64,000 nt of DNA, from NCBI RefSeq assembly GCF_009914755.1, contig NC_060932.1. The stretch is one strand, 5' to 3'. Within the stretch, counting starts at the first letter, position 1, and every line of letters starts with the position of its first letter. Under the pieces are notes generated by a model. The model was not told the origin of the DNA. It made no database searches and saw only the letters and a list, made by a program, of their open reading frames with translations. Below are positions 45,101 through 57,273 of the stretch, piece after piece. Position numbers and translations under genes: made by a program. Source of the DNA: the human T2T-CHM13v2.0 reference genome, Homo sapiens.

Positions 45101-46236
45101 GAGGCCATCCAGGCCATAGGCAGCAGGCACTATAGCTGCTGACTGGTGAACTGTACTCGGTTACCTTTAGGCTCTGGGAGCCCCTCTACTCTCTTGGTTG
45201 ATTGCTGATAGATATCACAGGCCCTTGGCCTTATCCAACCTGCTGCTATTCATTAAGCTGTCATGGTTCTTCACACTTTCCTGCTACCACTGTCTCTGTT
45301 TCCCAGCTCAGGCTCTGGGGCAGTGTGTGTGGGGTCCACTTTTTGGGGACAACTAAGTAGCCCGCACTGTTCAGGGCTAGTCCCCGGAGCAGTGCGGGGC
45401 TCTGAGTAGAGAATTGCAAAATGAATCAAACAGCTGCTGCTTCTCTTCCCTGCAGGTCTCCTCTCACTTCTATTACTTCTGTGTCTTTGGCCTCTAGTCC
45501 TGTAAAAAATATATATAGCTTTTGTTTTGATTTAATCTGCTCTTAATTTTAGAAAAATTTCCCACAACATGAAAGTACATGTGATCGCTCTCTCTCCCTC
45601 CTCTCCTGTCCCTTCTCCCTCCTGTTGCAGTTTTGCTCTCATTTCTCCATGCCTCACCTATGTGTGGGCTCAGATATCTGGTGCAGGCATCCTTGGCAGT
45701 CATCTCGGGCAGCAAAAGTGCCTGAGTGAGGAGCTGAGGCAGCAGGTGGAGCTTAGGAGTCTCTGGCAATTTCCACCTGCTTCTGCACTCTCCTCTGAGC
45801 CCCAAGGCTTGTGGGCTCCTTGGCTTCTAAGGAGTGCCTCCTCCTATCCTGTTCTTCCTGGGGCCTGAAGACAAGGTCCTGGTGGAGTGCTTGCAGGAGC
45901 GGTAGGGAGAGATAAACTTCAGGTGTCTGGTTGTTGATATGTCCTGATCATCCTCTGTCCCTGCCTGGTGTGGATTGGGCCCAATGATATAGCTGCAGAT
46001 AACACAGATGCTATCTGGTTTAAGGCTCTTCTCCCATACACACTGCTGGACAGAGACTCCTGTATCATCACAGAAATATGAACTCACAGCCAAAATAATG
46101 TAACATCTGTATAGTACAACTGTGTCAAAAGAAAATAGAGACTAGATCATGATGCAGTGGTATTATAACAAAGAAACTAAAAATTTGAAGACTTATAATG
46201 AACATATTTAAAGAGATAAAAAAAGTTTAGTGATGA

Positions 46237-46584
<348 letters not shown>

Positions 46585-49500
46585 TAGAGAAGTTTCATAA
46601 TGACTGATAAGCTCTCAGACCAGTGACACTAAGCCAGGTCAACCATTCTTGGGTGTGGCAAGGCTGTCCATTAAGCAGGCAGAAGTTAGGGAATGCCAAC
46701 ACCTGGAACTCTGAAGGAGGCTACAGTTCACCTGTGCATTCTTATATAAATTAAAAAAAAATACCAGAAGTACATTGTATTTTCTGTTTTTTGTTTTTTA
46801 CTGGTTCAACAACCAACCAGGAGACTAAGCAGCTGAGTTCATTCATTGCAGTAAAATTGGACTGGAAAAAAAAAATTAAGTCATTGTGCTTGGACAAATT
46901 TTTTGCACATCCCTCTCCTAAACTTCTAGTGAAAAATCCTATCATCCCCCTTCCCCAACCATGTGACATTTTAAATATATCCTTATGACTAAGCAATTAT
47001 GTGTCCCCATGAAAAGCAAGCATATTAAAAAAAAATTCTGTGCTTGCTACAGTAAGCAGAGACTGAAGAATCCAGGGATTAAGGATACTATTTATGGAGC
47101 TGTTAATGCTTGGAGTTGAGGCTGATAAATCATCATTAACAAACACTTAGCAAAAATTTGGGCCTACAAAGATGTTTGAAAATAAACCTGCAGGTGAAGA
47201 TTTTGAAAGATTTTTGTGCCACTAATAAGATCATATAAATCTTATTTATGTAGTCTGCACATTTATAAGCCCAAAGAATGAATAAGTTAAAGAAATCAGA
47301 CATTAAACATGCTGAGCTTTGATAATACATGGGTTATGCATTCCTTGACAGATGGGGGAATAGTTAAAATGGTAATAAATAATAAAAAAATAAAGATGAG
47401 AGTGTTGAAGATAACGACATTGCAAACAAAAGTGAAAAAATAGTGAAAATACATAGTGTAGCTATCAATTGAATTGGGTGACAATTGTGGCAAATAGGAG
47501 GAAAAACATTTTATGCTGTGCTTCTGGCTTTGTCATATAAGGTTTTCATAAGCACCTGAAGTTAGTTGCTAATTGTCAGAAAGGAAAATTTAACATCAAC
47601 CATGATAAAAAGAAATTTTAAAAATTTGGCAGAAATGTCCAACATAGATGGATAACCAACAACAAATCTACTTTTTCAAATACTTTAAGCTAAATGACAG
47701 TGATAGATGCAGTAATAGCCACTTCTAAAAAATGGCACTTTAAGAAGATTATCTGTAGCCTGAATGACAGGTATTAGTAATACCTGTCTTTGAATATATT
47801 CAGGTAAAATGATCTCCATTCTGGAAAACATTGACATCTTGAAATCTATCCTCGTATTTTTTCAAGTATTCTAGCTAATTTTAAGTTCTCTTCTTACATA
47901 TTTTAGACTTATCATTGAGCTCCCCCAGGAGTTCATCTCCTTCTATATATCCTTCCCTTGAGGTCAGATAATTTATCAGCCTTGTACTTTTTTACAATAG
48001 AATGAATATTTGTTAGCTAGGGCATATGGCCCTGCTTTTAAATCAACAACTTTGAGCTTTGACTTTTCCTGCCCAAGGAGAAGGACTGAAGAAAGGAGCT
48101 GATGCAATCTTTGCTTACTCAGAATTGTTTACAACACCTGATATTTTAGGGTGTGTCTAAGTGACATGTTAACTAAGCATTATTTAAGTTCTCCCTTTGG
48201 GTTAAGTTAGATAAAGAAGAATTTCATATTGCCTTAAAGATCAAGAAAAAAAGTCTGAAATAATTTATTGTTATGAATTTAGCATTAAAAAAGAATTTAC
48301 ATGCTTTTGTTGTACTACTATAGCAAATGCTTAGTGAATCATATTATGTAGTATAATGAACACGAAGTCAATGTTACAGATTCCAGCAAAAATGTCTGTT
48401 TCTCCAGGTGGGGTGGGTGGAATTGTGTATTGTTCATCTCCCAATTTAAACTATGTAACTCTTTTTGACTCGGTTTGAGAATAAAAGTTAGTGCTCAACT
48501 ATGATAACCACCTTGTTCTAAATTTCTGGTACATTTTCTTTCTTTGAATTATTTAGATGGCAAGTACACGTACGTGTGTGTGTGTGTGTGCGTGCATGTG
48601 TGCATGTGCGTGCATACTTTTTGAGGTGCATATGTATTTAACCTAATCAATTGGAGCAGCTTCTGGGGACACTGTGTTGAGAAGTATCTGAGGCCATGTG
48701 CAGGTTAGCAGGAAGCTGCATGATTTCATTAGGGCTGTGTGATGGTTGAGGAAGGGCTGAGTGTTGCTTTTTGTGCTGTCAATATGGAGTTTGTGTTCTA
48801 AATGCTTTTTTATGTATACTTTCAAACACCTTTAACTATTCATTTAATTGTCTTACTTTATATCTGTTTTAATATTTTAAGGTCTCCCTTTAAAAAAATC
48901 ATAAGCAAGTTCACTCTTCATCTGAAATTTAAAAGATTTCTCAGTGAACAGAAGCCTGGTTTCTCTATGTGAAGATGTCAAATCATGCTGGTCCTCACAA
49001 GCATCATACTTGTTTTCATGAAGAATTTTAGGAGAAGTTTTCACTTAATTCAGTCCAGGCAGTTCCACATGTTGTCAGACCAGCTCTTCTTTATAGGTTG
49101 CTTGAAATATTTCTTTGGTTGTCCTAAATTCATGAGAAGTGTTCTAATTTTCTGCTTACACTCAGCTGGGTTTCACTCTGGGGTATTTTTGAATATGTAA
49201 GCCTGCACAAAGAAACTGATGTATCTTCTCTGCTTATACCATTTCCCAATATACCACATTTGTCTTTATAAAGGTCAGGCATGATGGAAACAGCCAATGT
49301 TTCTCACTTACCTTGTTTCCTTACTTGTTGGATTTTCATGTCTGAGTTCTTCGGAAAATGTTAATGTGAATTTCTATAAATGTAACTGCTCAATTGCACA
49401 AAGTATGATTTATAAAGAGTTCTAAGATCTTGGAATAAAAAGTACTCATTGTATCCCAGATATTATTCTTACTAGTAATATCAGCAAGAACAATCGCTTT

Positions 49501-50096
49501 TCTAATTATTTACTTCTATCAATGTCTCAGAATTTGCCTTAATTCTAAGGACAAATACAGTGGATTATAATTTGCTGGTACCTTACTGGACTTTTTGAAA
49601 AAATATATATTTAAATTTGCATCTCTCTAGGATCTTTGTTTTTTTTTCTCCGTCAAGAGGGCTATTAAAAATCTCCATTGTTAGAATAATCTCCAAGAAG
49701 TAGCAGCATGAGTGACCAGCTGTGATTAGAACAGCCAGACTTTAGGGGGAAAAATGCCCACTTTCATCTAATAAAGAGAGAGGAGAGTTCCTGTTTTTTT
49801 AAAAAAATACATCTTTTCATAATAACTGTGAAAGTGCAGTGGTTATTGAAAGTACATAATTGCTAACAATAATTATTTTGAAACAGTAGTTCTGGGAATA
49901 GCTGAGTCTGTATGAATGAGGTAAACATTAAGTAGCTGGAAGTATGTTTGAAAGGGGGTACATAGAAGAAAAAGAGTTGGGGCCAAGTATCATCAACTAG
50001 ATGAAAGAACATTCTGATTTCCTTGCAGAATATCTAACTACATTCAAAGAGATAAATAAAAATGAGAAAGATAATATCAGATTTCTTACATTTCAG

Positions 50097-50251
50097 TGGT
50101 GCTTTATGAGATTCGCATATACACAGGCACAATGACAGGTGCAGAAACAGAGTCTAATGTATTTATCAACCTCATCGGTACCAGAGGTGATTCAGGAAAA
50201 CGAAGACTTCATCAGTCCAAAAACAATGAAATCAAGTTTCAGCGTGGACAG
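50097..50251 (+). CDS. RP1: Internal coding exon (155 nt, phase 1 to 0): N-terminal part of the next PLAT domain
   Basis: Acceptor atttcttacatttcag| and donor CAG|gtaata. Reads (V)VLYEIRIYTGTMTGAETESNVFINLIGTRGDSGKRRLHQSKNNEIKFQRGQ, matching PLAT Y.V.V.TG...GAGTDanV.i.l.G..GDsG.r.L.....F.rGq. Phase matches the preceding exon. Confidence 0.88.
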
Positions 50252-51194
50252 GTAATAGAAACAGGTCTTCATCAGTTTTTACCGACTATCGTTCCTTTAA
50301 TTTATTTAACAAAAACACACACAAACAGAAAATTTCTGAGATGCTCAGTTGATTCCTGTGAGGAATTCAGGGAGGTGTGGTCATTTCTTAGTGTGCATGT
50401 TATTGTTCTGGAGTTGAGTAGAGGATGGGACTTAACTCAACAAACACAATATTCTACTTCCAGATAGGGCAGACTCAGCTATAACAAAATGAACATCCTG
50501 CTGAGAACAACTAGAAACATTTGATAAAACATCTTTTAAACTGGTTTTAAAGGTATGACAGAGCTACCCAGGCGTTTAGGGCTTGAGGGCCCAAGATCCT
50601 GGAGAGAAATAAAGTGCAGAGGAGAACATGGTATCAGCATGGCTTTCCACCATTTGTAAGGGGAAGCTTGGAATCAAGAAGCCAGTCAGAAAGTAGCAGT
50701 GGAGGAGTGGAGAGTCTGAGATGCTGTTCAGAGATTTAGGAGGCCTCATGGGGCTGGGATTTCTCACTTGAAAAGTGGCGATAGTGTGAGTCCTCTTGAA
50801 GCAGATCAGGGACAGGTCCTGCAGCTCGTCATTGAGAGCAGTGATCCCAGGAAGCAGCAGTGAAGGAAGGCAGAGAGAGAGAGAGACGTAAAGAGGAAGA
50901 CTCAGTGGAAGTGTGCATTCTATAAGTCACTGCTGTTGGCAGCAGGGACTGGATCACTCTAGGACCAGAGCCACCAGACTGGGCACCAGGAGCAGCAGTG
51001 ATGGGAGCAGCCTTGGGGGACAGAACTCATGTCTTATGGCCGTGCACAGATAAACTCCATCTCTGCCATTGTGGTTACTCCATCCATGGCCCATGGCCCA
51101 TTGCACCACAGGCACTGAGGTGGCTAAGGCAAGACCTCTAAATAAAAAATTATAAAATATTATTGGAAAAAAATTTAAAACATACTTACATGGG

Positions 51195-51578
51195 AAGCTG
51201 AGGTAGGAGAATTGCTTGAGCCTAGCCCAACTTAGCAAGACCTCATCTCTAAAAAAAAGAGAGAAAGAAAGAAAGAGAGAGAGAAAGAAAGAAAGAGAGA
51301 AAGAAAGAGAAAGGAAGGAAGAGAAAGAAAGAGAGAGAGAAAGAAAGAGAAAGGAAGGAAGAGAAACAAAGAGAGAGAAAGAAAGAGAAAGGAAGAGAAA
51401 GAAAGAAAAGAAAAAGAAAGAAAAAAAGAAAAAAGAAGGAAAGAAAGAGAAAAAAGAAAAAAGGGAGAGAGAGAGAAAGGAAGGAAGGAAGGAAAAGAAA
51501 AGAGAGAAAGAAAGAGAAAGAAAGGAAGAAAGAAAGAAAAGAAAAGAAATGAAGGAAAGAAAATAAAAGAAAAAGAAA
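51195..51578 (+). repeat. Alu-monomer remnant followed by a ~330-bp nearly pure purine (GAAA/GA/GGAA)n tract
   Basis: gaagctgaggtaggagaattgcttgagcc...tctct, then an A/G tract with very few pyrimidines. Confidence 0.9.
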
Positions 51579-52120
51579 TATACTATGTTCAGGGACTCAG
51601 TATTATAAAGTTCTTCCTGCTGTCTAATGGATCTGCAGTTTTAATGTAATATCAATCAAAATCTCAGAAACTTTTTTAAACAGAAATTGGCAATCTAATT
51701 ATATAATTTATGTGGAAATGCAGTCAAATACACCTAAAATAATGTTGAAGAAGAAAAACCAAGTGGAGGAATTACAGTACCAGGTATCAAGACTTATGAA
51801 ATTAAGGTAATTAAGACAGCATCAATTTGTACAAAGAAAGTCAAATATAGCAAAGAAACAGAAGACAGTCCAGAAACATATCCACACATCCTAATGTGCA
51901 GCATCAGAGAAAGCACTGAAAAATTTCAACAAATTTTTAAATTGGATATTGTTATAGAAAAAAATCACAACTTCTATTTTACATCAAATCCCCAAATCAG
52001 TTTTATGTAACATTATATCTAAATGTGAAAGGTAAAACAATTAAATATCTAGAAGACAATGATGCAAGAAAATCCTCATAATCTAGGGGGTTGATTAGGA
52101 CTTTAAAAGTGTTTAATTGT

Positions 52121-52425
52121 GGACTGGGCACAGTAGCTAATGCCTGTAATCCCAGCACTTTGGGAGGCCGAGGTGGGTGGATCATTTGAGGTCAGGAGTT
52201 CGAGACCAGCCTGGCCAACATGGTGAAATCTTGCCTTTACTGAAAATACAAAAATTAGCCGGGCGTGGCGGCAGGCGCCTGTAGTCTCAGCTACTCAGGA
52301 GGCTGAGGCAGGAGAATCACCTGAACCCGGGAATTGGAGGTTGCATTGAGCCAAGATAGCACCATTGCACTCCAGCCTGGGTGACAGAGAAAGACTCTGT
52401 CTCAAAAAATAAATGAATAAATAAA
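52121..52425 (+). mobile_element. AluS (Sx/Sz-like), full length
   Basis: ggactgggcacagtagctaatgcctgtaatccc...gtctcaaaaaataaatg. Confidence 0.94.
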
Positions 52426-53470
52426 ATTAATTGTGGCAAAATACACATAACCTAAAATTTATTTTAACCATTTTGAAGTATAATTTTCTTACAGTATAAT
52501 GGTTTAAGTACATTCACATTATTGTGTAAGCATGACTACCGTCCATCTCCAGAACTCTTTTCATTTTGCAAAACTGAAACTCAGTATTCATTAAACGACT
52601 CTCCATTCTTCAGTCCTCCAGCCCTTGGCAACCACCATTCTACTTTATGTGTCTATGAGTTGACTACTCTAGGTACCTCATATAAGTGGAATCATACAGT
52701 ATTTTCTTTTTGTGACTAACTTCACTTAGCATAATATCCTCAAATTTCATGCATGTTGTAGCATGTGACAGGATTTATTTCCTTCGCGAGACTGAGTAGT
52801 ATTCCATTGTATTGTTCATGCATGTTGTAGCATGTGAGAGGACATCTTTCCTTTGAAAGGCTGAATAATATTTCAAAACATTTCATGTTTTGTTTATCCA
52901 TTTACCCCGTGATGGACACTTGGGTTGCTTCCGCCTTTTAGCTATTGTGAATGATGTCGCTATGAACATGACTAGACAGTTATAAGCTAAAACTTTAAAG
53001 ACAAATCAGAAAGCATAAAGGGGAAAAAGATAAATTATACTATTTTAGTATTAAAGATTTCTGTTCCTCAAGATACCATTAAGAGAGTAAAAAGGGAAGG
53101 CACACAGTGGGAGAAGATATTGTAAAAACATACTGGCAAAAGACTTGTTTGCAGACTGTGTATAGAAAACCACAGAGCAACAAGAAAAAGACAGAAAACC
53201 CTATTTAAAACATGGGCATGACACTTGAATGTGTGCTCTACAAAAGAGGGTATCCAAATCACCAATAAACATAAAAAGCCTACCCAGCCTTATTAATAAT
53301 CAGAAAGAGTCAATGAAAATCACAGTGAAGTGTTACTGTGCATGATCAGATGGTTAAACTTAAAAAGAATAACAATAAATATTGATTCACCTGTGGAGCA
53401 CTTTGAACTCTCGTATGCTTCGCATACGGAGTGCATATTAGTATAAGTATTTTTAGGAAGTGAGACTTAC

Positions 53471-53473
<3 letters not shown>

Positions 53474-53507
<34 letters not shown>
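53474..53507. repeat. (AC)17 microsatellite
   Basis: Direct reading. Confidence 0.97.
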
Positions 53508-53510
<3 letters not shown>

Positions 53511-54059
53511 ATAACCCAGCTGTTTCCCAACATAAATATATGCAGATATCATGAAAAGACCCATATAAGAATGTTCTGAGCAGCATTATTCTAGGAATAA
53601 TGTTTGTCTACAAATAGTAGAGTGGATAAATAATTTCGAGTAATATTCAGTAATGAAAATGAACAAGACGCTGCTGAGCAAAATGGCATGGATGAATCTC
53701 ACGTTGAATGACACAAGCCAGGTGGAGCAAGAATGCACTGTAGGATTCTGTTGATATATGGTCCCAGACAAGGCAAAACAAAATAAAAGTGCTAAAAGTC
53801 AAGATAGTGGATATCGTTTGGGGAGACAGTGACTGAGAGGGGCATGTTGGGGTCTTAGGTGCTGATAAGGCTCTGTTACTTACATGGATGTGTTTGTTGA
53901 GTGTGCATTTGTAATTTGTATACCTGTATCTACTTCATAGTTTATTTTAAAACGTCCTATGCGTGTGTATGTATATGTATGTACATATACATATTTCAAT
54001 ACATAGTTTATTTAAAAGTAAAAGATATTAAGAGACAGAACAATGTGGAAAACACCAAT

Positions 54060-54290
54060 TCTGGTGATAGCTTCCTGAGTCTGAGACTTGGCTCCTCACA
54101 CACTAGGTGTTGACCTGGGACAAGTAGCTTAACTCTAGGTGCCTCAGTCTCTTCGACTGTGAAATGAGAAAGTGAGTAGTACTGACCTTATGGGCTGTTG
54201 TGAGGATTCAATGAGTTAATATATGAAAAACACTTGAGAGAGTTTGGCACTTACTCATATAGTACGGATTATGAGCTGTTATTATTAGTA
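54060..54290 (+). mobile_element. MIR
   Basis: tgacctgggacaagtagcttaactct...gcctcagtctc...tgtgaaatg...ttgtgaggatt. Confidence 0.8.
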
Positions 54291-54560
54291 AGAGTAGATT
54301 TAAAATAAATCTCCTAATTACGTTCTAAAAATCTTTTTCACTAGACTCTGTGACTTAGGAGAGCAAGAATTATATTCTACATGTTTTTGTGTCTCTCACA
54401 AAGCATAGTGTAGAACTTTGCACATAAAATAGTAATTTTTATAGTAGTAGTAAGAATACTATATAGTATAGTAACAATATAGTATCAATAGTAATACTAT
54501 TTTTTTTCTAGAGAAAGGAAATATCCTAATGGTCACTGAGTTTATTTCTTTATTGTACAG

Positions 54561-54639
54561 GTTGATATTTTTTCCATTAAGGCTGTATCTCTCGGAAAAT
54601 TGAAGAAAGTTCTGATTAGTCATGATGGAACAGGTCCAG
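54561..54639 (+). CDS. RP1: Internal coding exon (79 nt, phase 0 to 1): middle of the PLAT domain; absent from the ORF track
   Basis: Acceptor tttatttctttattgtacag| and donor CAG|gtaaga. Reads VDIFSIKAVSLGKLKKVLISHDGTGP(G), continuing FQRGQ|VDIF in frame. Confidence 0.88.
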
Positions 54640-54759
54640 GTAAGATTTAGTTTCTTGGTAAGAAGTTTATTTTGCAAATTTATGAAAAATCGTATAAGAA
54701 GCAGGTGAAAGAACAGGAAAATGTACAGGTCATATAAAATTCAGATAAGAAAATAATCT

Positions 54760-55080
54760 TATTTTATATTATATTTAATGTAAATATATGAAGTTATATT
54801 TATATATAATTTACATTGAATATATTATAATTATATTTATATACTATAATTATAATATATTTATAGAATATATATTTATAAATCATAAATTTACATTAAA
54901 TATATTTAATGTAAATATTTAATGTAGATTTATGATATATATTTACATTAGGTATATTTACATTAAATATAATGTAAGGTTATAAATGGTCACTAATTAA
55001 ATTATATAGTGACCATTTATTGACTGAATATATTAAATTATATACATTTACATTAAATATATTTAATGTAAATTTATGAA
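54760..55080. repeat. AT-rich low-complexity tract
   Basis: Repeated tttacattaaatatatttaatgtaaa palindromic motifs. Confidence 0.85.
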
Positions 55081-55886
55081 GTTTTGTCAGGTTGAGTTTA
55101 TTACATGACTTGTACAAGCACATGATTATATTACACAGGAAATTTCCTAGAAAGACAAAAGCTTTGGTGTGTGCATGCATGTGTGCATGCGTGTGTGTGA
55201 TCTCCAGACACCCTGGGCATTCTTCACAGTTGCATGTCTGTTGTGTCTGCCCCTGTGTTTCCCTGGGTCCCTTATCCCACACTCTTCAGCAAACGCGCTG
55301 CTTGAACACCATCCCTGATCCGACCTTTCCCTCCATGTCTTCTCCCCAGGCACAGCTATCAACCAAGACCTGTCAATTCCACTTCATTCATATCTTTCCT
55401 ACTGGCTCCCTTAGAGCTATTAAATTCAAACTTCAGTTCTACTGCTAAAATGTAACTCTATATTATAACTTATATCATAGTACTGAAACCATTTATCACA
55501 TTGATTTCCATATTCCTCTTTTCTTTCTGCTAGATTTTGAGTTTTTTAAAGGCTAGAATTATGTAGTATTCATCTTCATTTTCCTAGTGTCTAGTATTGT
55601 GCCTGACAGTATAGTTTAATTAGTGACCATTTACTGAATGAACATATTTAAATCAGTGAAATGATTTTCAGTAAATCTCTTTAAAATGAATGGGAAGAGC
55701 TTAAAGTGGCCATAGTGACAGAAACCAAATGGAGCAGAAGCAGAAAAGGTGAGGTAGCAGTGAATAGAAAGAAAATAGACACATAGTTCAACGAGTTCAG
55801 GATCGTATAGAGGAAATTATTAGAAAAAAGCAGAAGTAAGAAATAGAATAGAGGAAGGAATGACATAATATGCTTCCTTCTATACA

Positions 55887-57273
55887 TGGTGTCACTGTAG
55901 AGTGGTGTTTCTGTAAGGTGGTGTCACTGTAGAGCAATGCCACTGTAGAGTGATGTTACTGCAGAGTGATGCCACTGTGGAACATTGTCACTGTAGAGCA
56001 CTGTCACTGTAGAGTGATGTTACTGCAGAGTGATGTCACTGTGGAACGCTGTCACTGCAGAGCACTGTCACTGTAGAGTGATGTTGCTGTAGAGCTGTGT
56101 CACTGTAGAGCAGTGTCTGTAGGCTGGTATCACTGCAGAGTGCTGTGACTGTAGAGTGGTGTCACTGTAGAGTTGCATTTCTGTAAGGTGGTGTCACTGT
56201 GGAGCAGTGTCACTGTAGAGTGGCGTTTCTGTAAGGTGGTGTCACTGTGGAGCAGTGTCACTGTACAGCAGTGCCACTGTACAGCAATGTTACTATAGAG
56301 TGATGTCACGGTGGAATGTTCTCACTGTAGAGCAGTGTCACTGTAGATTGATGTCACTGTAGAGCAGTGCTGCTGTAGAGTAGTGTCGCTGTAGAGTGAT
56401 GTCACTGCAGAGTGATGTTACTGTAGAGGAGTGTCACCATAGAGTGGCTTCACTGCAGAGTGGCATCAGTGCACAGCCATGGCACTGTAAAGGAGTGTCA
56501 CTGTAGAGCAGTGTCACTGTAGACTATGTCACTGTAGACTGGTGTCACTGTAGAGTGGTGTCATTGTAAAGCAGTGTCACCATACAGCAGCTCACTGCAG
56601 AGGGGTGTCATTATAGAGTTGTTTCACTGCAGAGTGGTGTCACTGTAGGGTAGTGTCACTGCAGAGCAGTGTCACTGTGGAGTGTTGTCAGTGTGGAGTG
56701 GTATCACTGTAGGTGGTGTCACTGTAGTGCAATGTCACTGTGGAGCAGCACTGTCACTGTAGAGGGGTGTCACTGTAGGGTGGTGTCACTACAGAGTGAT
56801 ATCACTATAGGTGGTGCCACTGTGGAGTGTTGTCACTTTGGATCAGTGTCACTATAGGTGGTGTCACTGTAGGGTGGTGTCGGTGTCCCTGTGGAGTGTG
56901 TCACTGTGGAGCATTGTCACTATGGAGTGGTATCACTGTAGGTGGTGTCAGTGCAGGGTGGTGTCACTGTACAGGGTTTCACTGTAGGGTGGTGTCACTG
57001 TAGCAGTGTCACTGTGGAGCGTTGTCACTATGGAGTGGTATCAGTATAGGAGGAATCACTGTAGGGCATTGTCACTGTAGAGCAGTGTCACTGTAGGTGG
57101 TGTCACTGTAGGGTAGTGTCACTGTAGGGTGGTGTCACTGTAGAGGGGTGTCACTGTAGGGGGTGTTACCGTAGATGAGTGTCACTGTAGACGGGTGTCA
57201 GTATGGAGTTGTTTAACTGTGGAGCAGTGTTACTGTAGTGCTGGGTTGCTGCAGAGTGGTGTCACTGTAGAGT
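55887..57273. repeat. 16-bp minisatellite (consensus GTCACTGTAGAG-YRGT), roughly 85 degenerate copies
   Basis: Units read directly; some 15-bp variants in the 3' half. Confidence 0.97.

Larger units (their letters stand above)
51580..53930 (+). mobile_element. Old L1 (L1ME-like) ORF2 3' end and 3'UTR, interrupted by an Alu and an antisense L1MB-like piece (about 52427-52975)
   Basis: Decayed ORF2 C-terminal text; L1 3'UTR motifs (catggatgaatctc). Confidence 0.65.

Noticed and set aside
50183-50191. RGD integrin motif (TRGDS)
   Set aside because: It coincides with the PLAT consensus G..GD(S/T)G in a presumably cytoplasmic protein.
51216-51566. 116-aa K/E/R-rich ORF
   Set aside because: Translation of a purine microsatellite, which cannot contain stop codons.
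55706-55719. RFX X-box-like GTGGCCATAGTGAC (similar site at ~7280)
   Set aside because: Imperfect matches are expected by chance in 64 kb, and there is no promoter context.
55973-57020. Multiple CACTGTG (RAG RSS heptamer complement) in the array
   Set aside because: No nonamer at 12/23 spacing and no V/J segments; these are simply unit variants.
55887-57273. CRISPR-like array (palindromic repeated core)
   Set aside because: Units are contiguous 15-16-mers with no unique spacers, there are no cas genes, and the context is a primate intron.
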